Assembly: GCA_030324005.1 (NCBI GenBank) | Contig: JARDVH010000073.1 | Location: 80,956,377 to 81,020,376 of the forward strand | DNA: 64,000 nucleotides | Reading direction: 5' to 3' | Source: Negaprion brevirostris | Taxonomy: Eukaryota | In this document: positions 52,400 through 64,000 of the stretch, piece by piece | Layout: every line of letters starts with the position of its first letter | Numbering within the stretch: the stretch's first letter is position 1 | Translations under genes and position numbers: made by a program | The notes under the pieces: model-generated | What the model saw: only the letters and a program-made list of their open reading frames with translations | Told to the model about the DNA's origin: nothing | Databases searched by the model: none

Positions 52400-52749
52400 G
52401 CTACATTTTTGGCCACACACAGTATTTGTCCTCATGTAACTTATCTTTACAATGCTTAATCAGTGTTAACAAACTCAGTCGAAATCTTTCATGAAAATGG
52501 TGGTACTATTCAATTATCAGTTACTGTATTGCCAGTACTGCAGCTTATTTTGCTGTCTGGTGCTGCTCTGCAAATAGTTCTCTGAAATTCTAAGCACTTT
52601 TAACCACATTACTCCGAGTGATCATCTATTACACAAAAACAATTCTCACTTCAGTATATTCTGAATACTGAGAACTCTTTCACATGCTCATCAAGTTCTG
52701 TCTGAACTTGAAAGTTTTAAACATTTTTTTTCCCTCACTTATATTCTTT

Positions 52750-53995
52750 TGAAGCCACAACTGCCCCATCAGTCTACTCTCAGTCATCAGCGAAGTGATG
52801 GAAGGAGTTATCGGCAAAGCTATCAAGCGGTACTTACTCAGCAAATAACGTGTTCACAGGTGCTCAGCTTGTGTCCCACTGGGGCCACTCAGTTCCTGAC
52901 CTCATTACAGCCATGGACAAAACAGCTGAATTCCAGAGCTAAAGTGAGGGCGCCTGCATTTGACATCAAGGTAACATTTCACCGTGTGTGGCATCAAGAA
53001 GACCCAGCAAAATTGAAGTCAATGGGCATCGGGGGAAAAATTCCCACTGATTGTAGTCATACCTAGCATAAATTCAGATAGTTGTTGTTGGGGGCCAACC
53101 ATCTCAGTCCCAGAACATTGCTGTGGGAGTTCCTTACCTGCCTCACCAATGACTTTCACTCCAACATAAGGTCAGAAGGGGGTGAGGGAGGGGGCCGGGG
53201 GACTGAACGTTCATTAACAATTTTGTGGTGTTTAATATAATTTGTAATATCTCAGAAAATGAGGCACAATGTGTCTGCACAAGGTCTAGTCAAGATCCAC
53301 GCTTGGGCTGATAAATGGTAACTTTGGTTACACAGAAGTTCCAGGAAATGAACATCCCTAACATGAGAAGCTAACAGTATTACCATTGCTGAATTCATCC
53401 ATCATGAACATCCTGGGAGTTCCATTGACCGATCACTGCACTGGAAATACTGTGCCTACAAGAGCAGATCAGAGACTGCAAATCCTGCAGCAAGTAACTC
53501 ACCACCACCATCCACAAGGCAAAAGTCAGGAGTATGATAAAGTACTCTCCATATGCCTAACTGCAGCACCAACAACACTTGAGAAGCGGAGACCATCGAA
53601 GACAAAGCAGTTAGCATCCCATCTATGATCTTAAACATTCATCCTTGCACTGATGCACAATGGGGCAGGATGCCATGTAGAAGTTGCACTACAGCAATTC
53701 AGCAAGACTCCTTTGGCAGCACATTCTAAAATTCTTGGCTTCGAACAATAAGAAGAGCAAGTACAGCAGGTGCACGGAAACAGCAGCAGCTACAGGTTTT
53801 CCTCCAAATCACATACCATTGTGATTTGCAACTATATTGCTGTTCCTTCATTTTTGATGTGTCAGAATCCTGGAACTGCCTTCCGACAGGTGTGGGGATC
53901 ACAGACTACCAGCAGTTCTCAAAATTTGCTCACTACCACCTTCTCAAGGACAAAGGTGAGTATTAACCACTGCATCCCATGAATGAATGCAAAAG
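52750..53995 (+). mobile_element. CR1-like LINE RT and 3' fragment (same family as 40447-41225)
   Basis: AFDIKVTFHRVWH...KLKSMGIGG; end catcccatgaatgaatgcaaaa. Confidence 0.8.
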
Positions 53996-56829
53996 AAGTT
54001 TTTTTCAAATGCTCAATTTACCCAAGCCCTATTCCTTGGTTTATCTGATTTTTATTTGCTTCTGTGATTTTTTTCTTGACGTCCCATAGCGCATAATTGT
54101 GTCATGGCACATCATTGACGGCAAATCCCTGAATTTAATCATACAATTTGCCTTACAGATGGTTTTTTCCACTTGTCTGAACATCAAAATATGCTGATTG
54201 GGATTAACTGCTGTTTTTACCCCTTTCTGTAGAGTAAGCTGGTCATGACATTGGGATGCCATCCAATTCACTTACCAGCATTCTTATTTCATACTTTAAT
54301 GTTTGAGTGCCAATGAACTGAATGAAATCAATGTCAGGCACACTGAAAGAGTCAGAAGACAGGTGCTTTAAAAAGCATGTTGATAGAATGAAGAAACCTC
54401 CTTTGACCGTATGGAGACCATCATCAGTTGACTATGATTATGGTCACTTCCACGGCTGCTATCCCATAATTTTACAAATATTGCTGTGTCAAATCACCTG
54501 CCTTAACTATGGGCCTTTTCCCTGCACTAGATTTCTCAACAGTCCAAAAAAAGAACTGTTTCATTTTCTTTCCCTTCTGAATGGCTGAGGTGAGACCAGA
54601 AATGATGGTAATTTTGCTGTCTGCAGTTCAATGCTATAATATTTTGACACTTGCAGCAGCTTGACCTAGTGGGTCACCCATTGAGAATGGTCCCTTGCTG
54701 TGCAATGCAATGAGGCTCATTTTGATGTTTCTTAGAAAATTGAAAATGACTCATGGTTAAGTTCATAAAGTACATCAGCTGATAAAGCAGTTTGATTTCA
54801 CACCGGAGTTGAATTGCCTACAGTGCAATTGCAATGATATTTTAGAACCTTTGATTAGATTTACCTTAGTGCTCCAGATTTACCCTTTCTGCACCAGTTA
54901 ATGTCATACAGCTATTATGTTCCCTACACTCAGTTTCTTTCAAGTCTAAACAGCTGAAATCGCTTCTTCATAGCTCAATGCTCTGACATTGAAGATCATT
55001 GAAAGGAAGGAAAACGGGGTTGTAAGTCCAGTTCTACTGGCCCATACTATTTAATGGGCCAGTTGAAAAGCAAATCATTTGCCTAGCTTATTGGTATGAA
55101 AAGTGCAAGGAGATCAATCCATCTGACCACTTACATTAATTTCTGATGCTTAAGGGTTGTATAAAATATTTGAAACCCTCTCGATCAGAGCATTATGATA
55201 TTGTTTTGATGTAAAAATGCTATTGATGTAATAAAATTAAGATTTAACTAGTACCCAAACACATCTATAACAGTTTTGTCTTAATGCTATTTGAAAAGAG
55301 CAAGAAAAGTCAATCACATCCATTCTCATCCCAACCAGTGGATGATGCAATTTCATGGCAGATCCATGACAAGGGTTATCAAAGCTAACTCTTGAAGGAG
55401 TTCAAAACAAACTAAAAACACTACCCAATTTCAGGCAAGACTTAAAACAAGAATTATTTGGCTCATCTTGCTAATCCATTCCAAAATATCCCAGTGATTA
55501 CTCAAGTTTTTAATCAAACCCCTGTTTAAAGAACCAATAAAGCATATCCATAATGAGCATATGCAGCATTTACTAAAATTATTCCTCCCAAAAGGCCATT
55601 TCATTTAAAATGTTAGGTCCTCATCTATTAATACATTCACAATCTCAACGCCTTAAATTTATTTTAGATTTTTTTTCTGTCATTTCATTTGCTATCACTT
55701 CATTTGTATAACAATTTCCTACTGAATAGTTCCCTCACTGATCTATTTTATCTTGTGTGCATATACTTTTCCTTGCACCCCCCCGTATCCTCTCCCATCC
55801 CTTAGCTGCCCACTCCATTGTTATTGCTGAACATTATTCTATTAACCAGAGTTGATATTTAATGCAACTTTCAAGACTAAATGATACAGTGGATTAGTTC
55901 ACTGACCTTTCATCTTGAACTGCAGTGAAGATTGATTAAATTAAAGTTTACTCTGCCAGCTGGAGGGGTTTTACTTAAAATACATTTACATTTTGGACAG
56001 TCTCCATTCCAGTATGAACGCTGATCTTTTTTATTGTATCTGAAGTACAGAAACTTCATGTCCTTCCAATTAATTTAATTCAAGGGCATAATAATAAAAA
56101 CAAGGGATGACCTTTTTTTAAAAGAGTTAAGCATTATAAACTATATGAATCAAAGAAAAAGGAAAACTGATTTCACCAATAAATCTGATGAGATTCATAA
56201 AGTATCGCTTTTGGAGTGTACTGGACATCGCACTACTTGCATACACAATCGTTATGAGTCAGTAACATCCCCCTACCCAAAGAAAGGCAAAGTGAATGAC
56301 CAGTTAAAAGCAAGAATTTTATTGTATTGATAAGTGTTCACTGTCATTACAGGTAAAAACTAATGGCAACTTCTGGCATTCACACATGCACAGTTAAAAC
56401 GCCGAAATCTGCAGGTTGCTGTTAGTGGTATCATGCTCCCGGCATGCTACTCTGCTCCAGTCTTCTCAGATGACATCTACACAGCGATCATTGCCATGGC
56501 ATGAACCTACCATTGCCCACTATGCTTGCACTAAACTCGATTAGAAAAAAATCAGGCTTGGAGTAACTGAGATTTTAAACAGCACAGAAAGTGATAAATT
56601 AATCAATTTTTGTAAAACATTAGTTTTCCAAATATCCATCCTCATTCTCAAGCAAAGAAAGATACTGCTGCAGATCTTTAAATAATCGGGAAGGATGCAC
56701 ATTTTCTTCTTCAAATGCAGTTGTGGGATACATCCACTAGAGGTGGAGTGATGGCAGAGGAGTGGTCGTGAGAGGTTTCTTTGCAAACATCTCACCTACG
56801 AGACCATCTCCAGTGTCGCCAAAAACCTT

Positions 56830-56946
56830 CAGTATTAAATGGGGTGTCAGCTTTGTTCATGCACTCAAGTCTCTGAATTGCAACTTGAAGCCAACGATTT
56901 CCTGACTCAGAGGTGAGAGAGTGTTACCACTAAGCCAAACCTGACA
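56830..56946 (-). mobile_element. SacSINE1-like DeuSINE head
   Basis: Reverse complement tgtcaggtttggcttagtggtaacactctctcacctctgagtcagg resembles the 63056 head. Confidence 0.6.
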
Positions 56947-57402
56947 TGTTGCACTGTTTGCTCTGTGTAATACAACTGCTGTGATTCAAGTGACCTACCA
57001 GTCTTATTTTGAAATCTTAGCACTGCAACAGCTGAATTGGTAACATTCTTGTCTTGAACTAGAAGGTTGAGGGGTTGAAGGCTCAGGAGCACATGCTCAG
57101 GATACTGTGATAATACAAGTTGAATTTCCAGTAATAACAAAAAGTGTGTAATATTCTTTCAGTAGTATTTTGAATTGACAATCAATTGCATTTTCTCTGG
57201 ACAACCCAACTGACACAATCTGAATGGCCTTATTTACATTCTAGTGACAATTTTAAAAGGTGTGCAACAGGTTGATTTGTTTAAATTGACTACATAAAAT
57301 ACTAAAATACTGTAATTTCTTTCCACAATGTCAGTTTTGACCCTTAATTTCTTAAATCCATGCTTTTGAAAAACGCTGCAGTGTCATAACAGTGAGAAGC
57401 AT

Positions 57403-58200
57403 GGGGTGAACCTCACCAGTCTCTCAGGTGCACTCCATGTCACAACGTTTCAACACTCTGACATTTTTGGAGAGTCGTGAGCTTGTTGGAGTTGGGGGGG
57501 GGGTTCAACAATGTCAGTGCATTGGGAGATGCATACCCAGACATTGGCACCATTCCCCCTTCGGCATGTTCTCCCCCACTCTGATACTGGGTCAGCCGCA
57601 TTGAGGAATCAGGTCCCTCCCGATGGGTCTCCTGGCTGGCCCCCAGCATGACCCCTTTGAGATCTACCCCGTATGATCTCCTCCACACTGCAGACACACC
57701 CCCACGCCACCCATTTCCCATCAGGCCCCACCCACTGGCATTGCCCCTGGCACACCTGTGGTGCCTAAAATCTGCTGCTGGGGTGTTCTGGTGGGCACTG
57801 CCAGGTTGTCTGATAGATAATCGCCAGATGGGCATGGCTCAATGGGCACTGTTCAGTCAGCCCCCACCACCCAGGGGCTTCAATGGCCTCCAAGCCCCCC
57901 GGTATGACCAGCTCACCAGGTCTGTGCTTGTGCAGAGTGATTCACACCAGCGAGGTGGGAAGCATCCAGGAGGAGAGAAACAGGCGAATCCAACTTGCTA
58001 ATGATATTGAAATTCAGTCAATCTCATGCGAAGAAGCTTTTGCCCTTTCTGGGCGCAAAGCAGGTAACTCCATTGGAAATGGGTCAGGAACATAGCAAAC
58101 TGTTTGGCGCCAGGCGTGAATAGGGTTTTTACTGTCACATGCTAGTTTCCCGGCTCATTCTGCTGTTCGCCAGGCAAGGCAAAGTAGTAAAATCGCACCC
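57403..58200. mobile_element. GC-rich non-autonomous DNA transposon relic, Harbinger-like
   Basis: GGGGTGAA... / ...AAAATCGCACCC termini; motifs shared with 29065-29934 and 59330-60017. Confidence 0.5.
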
Positions 58201-59329
58201 ATTATGTTTGATCAAGTACATAACTGTTGCTTCGGCATTACCAAAATTTTAACAACAGATCTTCCCATGTTATACAACTTTTGTACAATTCAAATTGAGT
58301 AGGAGTACGCGTGATGATGATTGTATCAGGGTGTGCCTGCAAAAGGCCCTTATACACTTTGCACTTAAGTAAATTTCTGACTTTCCACGTTGCACAACAG
58401 CCAAAGCACATATCAGAATATCTGATATGTGCTACATGTGACAATCTCCAGATCAATTTTGCCATAGTAAAGGAAAATGATGTGCCTCAACTTTTGATAT
58501 ATGTTCGCTGCAGGAAAGGCTCCCTAACGGGATTTCTATTTAAAAAAGGATTCTATTCAAAAAATGAATCCATGTAATCAATAAATGTGATAGAACACGT
58601 TACTAGCATGTCAGTAAATCCAACAGTTGGTACAGCAGGTTTGCGAGCATCCAAGAAAAAAAGGGTTAATGTTTCAGATGTGGCCCCACACCAAAATCAG
58701 TGCTGAAGAGCCACACCCCAAAACACTAATCTCACTCTTGTATGCAGGGGTATGTGATCTGCGAGGCATGACTGTGCAATCAGCTATGATCAGTACTACA
58801 ATTAAACATGATAAAATATGTAACAAGGAAGCATTCAGTATTTTAGTTCACAGCACCTTAGATGTTTTAAATCTGATAATTTAAATCATACTACCTACTT
58901 GCAGGCACCACCAACATACTGTTACATCCCCAGGGCCGAGCAACACTTCACAGTTCTGCGCTTCAGATTTTGCAAAGGTGCTGCAAATTTCAATTATTTC
59001 CAAACAGCCAGACATAGTTTTGAATATTTGGCAACGGATTCAAGAGCTTGAGGAAAATTGGAGAAAGTAAAGAAAAGGGATGCTGGAGAAGGCAAGGGTG
59101 TTTGAAGGGCATATCAGCTGAAGCTTCTTGATAATGAAACAAATTGGATTTCAAATTAAAGCTGGTAGAACAAGAGACACAAGTGTTACAATTTAAATGG
59201 GAAGTAATACAACAAAGAGCTAGTGTTTTCAAGTTAATTGCAATAATAATGTAGATGTTTAGCAAAGCTGCTTTAAATTCAGAGTGAAAACGATCACGTG
59301 TACACAAATATTTTTGGTGAAATTATACA

Positions 59330-60017
59330 GATCTACAGATTATTTTGAGAGAAATATGCCCATTTTTTTGTCAGAGTGATTGACTTCAGCAGGGATTACA
59401 GTAGCTCCCCACTAACAGGGAACCAGCAGCCCAAACCCGCTGGAGTGAAGGGGGGGGGGCAATCAAGGTCCCCTGAGGGTCAGGTGGTGGGGAGGGAGGG
59501 TACCTGGGCACTGGCAGCTTGACAGTGCCAACCTGGAGTCCCTGGTACTGCCCAAGGGGCAAAATGCTAATGCCCAGGGTGCATCTTGGCACTGCCCATC
59601 AGGCATGGGGCAGTGCCAAGGGGGCAGGGCAAGGAAGGAGGCCAGCAATTGAAGAGTCGCACAGCTGGCATTGGGAGTAGGAGAGTCGCACAGCTGGCAT
59701 TGTGGGGATTGCGGGGCTGGCCAGCGATTGAGTGGCCAGCAATTGGAAGGTCAGCTGTGCGGGGCCACTGCATATGCATCAATCACGGCACTAACAGATC
59801 ACTGCACGTGCAATGGCTCGCTCAGTGCTATGCTACTGGACTCCTGGGCAGGAATATGCCACGCCCCCTGAATTATAATGATATTCACACTAGTGATCTC
59901 TGTGGTGTGCAAAGTGTGGATGATTCTTCTTGGAACTCCCACTGCAAAAACTAGCTTGAATTAATCCAGTTTTCATACAAATTTGACACTTAGAATTTTT
60001 TGTGAGAATTCCAGTCC
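59330..60017. mobile_element. GC-rich non-autonomous DNA transposon relic, Harbinger-like
   Basis: Ends gagaattccagtcc; ggcagtgccaaggg repeats; internal 21-bp duplication at 59653 and 59682. Confidence 0.45.
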
Positions 60018-60535
60018 AGATCTTTTCTAGAACATTCTCATTTTTTTAGCTCTGTAGCTCTACCCACAGGCTTAAGCAATCAAGTACAGTTATCATTGAA
60101 ATGATCAATACTCAAACACATCAATCAAACCATTAAAACACTGCTTTTCTCCCCTTTTAACCAAAGACATTATTTTCAGTTAAATCATTCCAAACAATCA
60201 CATATACATCGTCATTTCTTACAATCTTACTTATCCAAGCATAAAAATAGCCACTGAGATACCAAGGTCTCTTCAATCAATGATTAGATCTACATATCTG
60301 ATATTATGGTTCTGTATGCTCATGTTGATGAGACAAGTGATCACTAATCATAGGAAAATGAAATGCATCCTCATAACAACTGGCCTCATATGTTCAACTA
60401 GCCCCTTTATCAAATCTTTGTCATAATAGGGAGACCAGTAGGGGTGCTAACCTGTGCAGTCTTAAATGTGCACATTTAATATTCTATTGCTGGCAAACTT
60501 CCACAGTATGGACAAACTTTCTCCTCTCTAGTTTT

Positions 60536-60837
60536 TAAAGCTTATTTATTAGTGTCACAAGTAAGCTTACATTAACAATGCAATGAAGTCACTGTGAAAA
60601 GCCCCTAGTCGCCACACTCTGGCGCCTGTTTAGGTACACTGAGGGAGAATTTAGAATAGCCAATGCACCTAACCAGTACACCTTTCGGACCTTGGGAAGA
60701 AACCAGAGCACTCAGGAAACCAACACAGACCCGGGGAGAATGTGCAGACTCCACACAGGTAATCACCCAAGCAGGGAATCAAACCAAGGTCCCTGGCATT
60801 ATGAGGCAGCAGTGCTAACCATTGTGCCACCATGCCC
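60536..60837 (-). mobile_element. Full-length V-SINE with the alternative tail
   Basis: ttatttattagtgtcacaagtaagcttac...gtgctaaccattgtgccaccatgccc. Confidence 0.9.
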
Positions 60838-61667
60838 ACTGTGTGTCCTCTGATGACTCTTAAGCATAAAAGGAGTCTCAAAGACTTTGTCACATACATC
60901 ACATTTGAAAATTCATTTACAGTTGTGTATCAGTAAACTTATCAGGAAGAAGGGAGGCTAAAATAAAACCTGACACTTCTGCCACTGGGATGATCTCACT
61001 TCCAAGTGTGTCTTTTTGTGGCTCTTGTGCACGTTTCTCTGGGTAAACCTTTTTGAGATGTTATAGATGTGCTGTACCTCACTCTCATGAAGCAACTCTT
61101 CCATATGTCAAATGGATGAGGTCTTCAGGATGAGTTGCACTTTTCCCTTGCTTTGAACATACGTTAAGACACGATGAGCATTTCCACAACATGGGCTCAC
61201 TATTTCTCTGGCACCTTTGGTGGAATGTATATCATTTAATCATCACATCATTCTTTGACCCAAAGTATCTTTTGACAGCACTAATTGCCACGTTAAATGT
61301 GGATACATCAACTGCAAACTCCTCAAATATTCGCTGTTTTTTTTGCTCAGAGACAATGTACAAGTATCACCTTCTTACAAATTGCTGCTACATTTGGATT
61401 GTACATCCCAGTAGCAATTAAGTCAGTCTTGAACCCCAAAACCCATCACTTTTACATTATGGGAGGACCTCCAAGTGATAAAATAAATGGTTCTGTAGCT
61501 GGTAGAGTTAAACTTGTCTGTACCATCCTTGCCATCACTTTTTGTTAAGTATTCATTAGATTGCTATATATCTGATATATTTGAAATACAAGGATGGTAC
61601 TAGCCCCTAATCAGGTTTATTTACAATACTTTAATACATCTCAGAATTCACAAGATTTTTGTATACG

Positions 61668-61793
61668 AGCCAGAATTTTTCCAACAAGCCTGCCCCAATT
61701 CTGGGGACGAGCAAGGCTCGGAGAACAGCATTCTCGTTGGCCTCAAGCGGGATCATATGAACCTTAAGTGGACGTGCCAATAGAATTCTGCCC
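61668..61793. mobile_element. PIF/Harbinger-like MITE
   Basis: AGCCAGAATT / AATTCTGCCC termini; flanks ACG and ATG (3-bp TSD with one transition). Confidence 0.65.
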
Positions 61794-62229
61794 ATGGTGT
61801 CAGCTGGAATCTTTCCTGTTTCATTAGCTGCTTAGCTTCACCCATAGGTCTACGCAATCAAGTATTGTTACATTAGATCAGAGAAATGACTAAGAATCAA
61901 ATGCAGATCAATCAAACCATGCAAGACAGTCCACAAATCACATTTTGAAAAGCAGCTCTCCAATAAGAATCAATAAGAGCAACCATGTCGGATAAAAGGT
62001 TCAACAGTGTATTTACTTTCATGGTTTGTAATGAATAATGAAGGAGGGTCTGCTGGCAAACTAAATATTGAAACATCAGGATTCAATAATCTAACTCAAA
62101 AATACCATGAACGGTGGTGACAAGTACATAGTAAAAGCTGCATTTGAGCAAGCTTTCTTTTTTTATTTAAATACTGAATTAGCACTGTAGCATTCAGTCC
62201 TAGATTGCTACAACCCTTTGATGACCAAT

Positions 62230-62990
62230 TTACAGTACCATTTCTATATAGTACATTTAATGCTACAAGATGTCTTAAGATGCTTCCCAGAAGCATTACA
62301 AACAACGTATGATGTCAAACTACACAAGGAGATCTTACGTCAGATGACCGAAAGCTTGGTCAAACAGGCAGGTTTTAAAATACACGTTCAGAGAAAAGAG
62401 AAGTAGAGAACTGTAGGGAGGGTATTCCTCAGTTTGGAGCCTAGCTAACTGAAGACACGGCACCAATGATGGGACATTTGTAATTTTGCATGCACAACAG
62501 GCCAGTATTGCAAGAGTGCAGATATCTGAGAGGGACAGGAGGAGATTAGAGAGATATGGAGGGGCAAGTTCATGTTGAGATTTGATATCAAGGATGATAT
62601 TAAAGCCAAAATGTTGCTTGGCCAGGAGCCAATGGAAATTAATGAGAGGAAATAGAACTCACTGCACTTAAGACATTGTCAGATGGGCTTTGGATGAACT
62701 CATGTTTATGGAGAGTAGAATGTGGGAGTTCAGCCAGGAGTATGTTAGAATGGTCAAGTCTATAGATAATTAAGGCATAAAGTGCGGGTTTCAACTGATA
62801 AATCGAGGGGGGCACAATCAGAAGCTCACTTCAGGATCAAATGTGACACCAGGTTTGTGAACTTAATCTCAACCTGTTATCGGGAAGAGGAAGGGAGTTA
62901 AGAGCAAGAGCCAAAAATAATGGTTCTGTCTTCCCAACATTTAACTGAAGAAAATTTTTTGCAAATCAACTACCGGCTTTTGGATAAAGA
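62230..62990 (-). mobile_element. L2 LINE 3' fragment
   Basis: atgaccgaaagcttggtcaaacaggcaggttttaa...ggcaccaatgatgg...ggagtatgttagaatggtcaagtcta. Confidence 0.75.
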
Positions 62991-63055
62991 GTTACATATT
63001 TACAAATGAGAATGACAGCAACTAGAGGGAAGTTCCACCAATTTCATCATTGGAA

Positions 63056-63485
63056 GTCAGCCTTTGCTCAGTGGTAGTATTCTCACTTCTGAATTATAAA
63101 TTCATGGGTCCACAGCACATTTCAGCATTTGAACACAACCCTAAACTGATATTTAAGTGTTGCAACTGTCAGAAATGCTGCATTTTGGATGAAATATTAA
63201 TCTGAGACCATATCTGCCCTTTCAGGTGCAAGCAAAATAACCAATGATGCAATTTGAAGAACAGCATTGGATTCCTCTCAGTGTCCTGGCCAATATTTAC
63301 CTGGGCTAATGTCATTAAATCAGATTAACTGACTCATTGCTTTGTGGGGTCAAACAGTGTACATTCGTTGCTTGGTTTCCTTAGATTAGTGTAGTGACTA
63401 CATTTCAAAAATATTTAATCGGCTGTGAAGCATTTTGGGATTTTCCTAGATTATGAAATAAGATTGTAAGTGTAAATTCTTTTTA
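63056..63485 (+). mobile_element. Near full-length SacSINE1-like DeuSINE
   Basis: tRNA-like head gtcagcctttgctcagtggtag, Deu-domain gtgtcctggccaatattta...cattgctttgtgggg, L2-like tail ggctgtgaagcattttggga. Confidence 0.75.
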
Positions 63486-64000
63486 TGTTTTAAACACTAC
63501 TGATTATAACTTGTTTATTCAAGTGATACATCCCCCCCCCTCCTTGGTATTGAGCATTTACACATTCAATTATTCTGATCACAAAAATAATACTGCAAAT
63601 GTTGCATGTGACACAAGAATAGAAAATGGAAATCAGCTGTCAATGATGTACATTTTTTATATTATTTCATTAAAAAGGCACTTGACTCTGCAATTACTTC
63701 TCTCCCCACCACCAGCACTTGTGTATACACATACACACCTCAATTTTGAACACCATATGTTAGATTAATTTTCATTTAGTTATTATTTACTGTGTACATA
63801 GACAGATGAAGCGTGTAAAGCTTCTGTGTTCTAAAGGATGCCAGTCATGAAAGATAGGAAAAATTAAGATCTCCTCAGCACAAGTTATTTGTGTGAGATT
63901 TAGAGACAATGATGTCACTGTAGGTCATCACAACAGGCTCAGCTCTGGCGAACTGTATGTCACAGTAAAAACAGGAAAATGAGAGGGCTCATCAATCTCA

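Noticed and set aside
58870-59040. Minus-strand peptide TFAKSEAQNCEVLLGPGDVTVCWW resembling a JmjC 'PGDVL.IP..WWH' segment
   Set aside because: Lacks the IP spacing and the metal-binding His; poor acceptor; short ORF

Overview
Vertebrate nuclear DNA, AT-rich and CpG-depleted, with 11 runs of N. The repeat content points to a shark, probably carcharhiniform (inference from recalled consensus motifs, no search run): HE1/V-SINEs, SacSINE1-like DeuSINEs, CR1/HER1, L2, RTE, Rex1/Babar, Tx1 and Penelope retroelements, a solo LTR and Harbinger-like MITEs. I found no recognisable host protein-coding gene, so the window reads as intronic or intergenic. Where the listed ORFs can be interpreted they are retroelement fragments; the rest look like noise. 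Three signals stand out. (1) Short fold-back Penelope-derived insertions carry minimal hammerhead-ribozyme motifs and are bracketed by 12-14 bp target-site duplications (TSDs). (2) Four Tx1 LINE 3' ends are piled head-to-tail, each followed by a similar short target motif, inside an LTR-like host that itself splits an L2. (3) V-SINEs with one shared body carry two different tails. Element boundaries are approximate unless a TSD is quoted.
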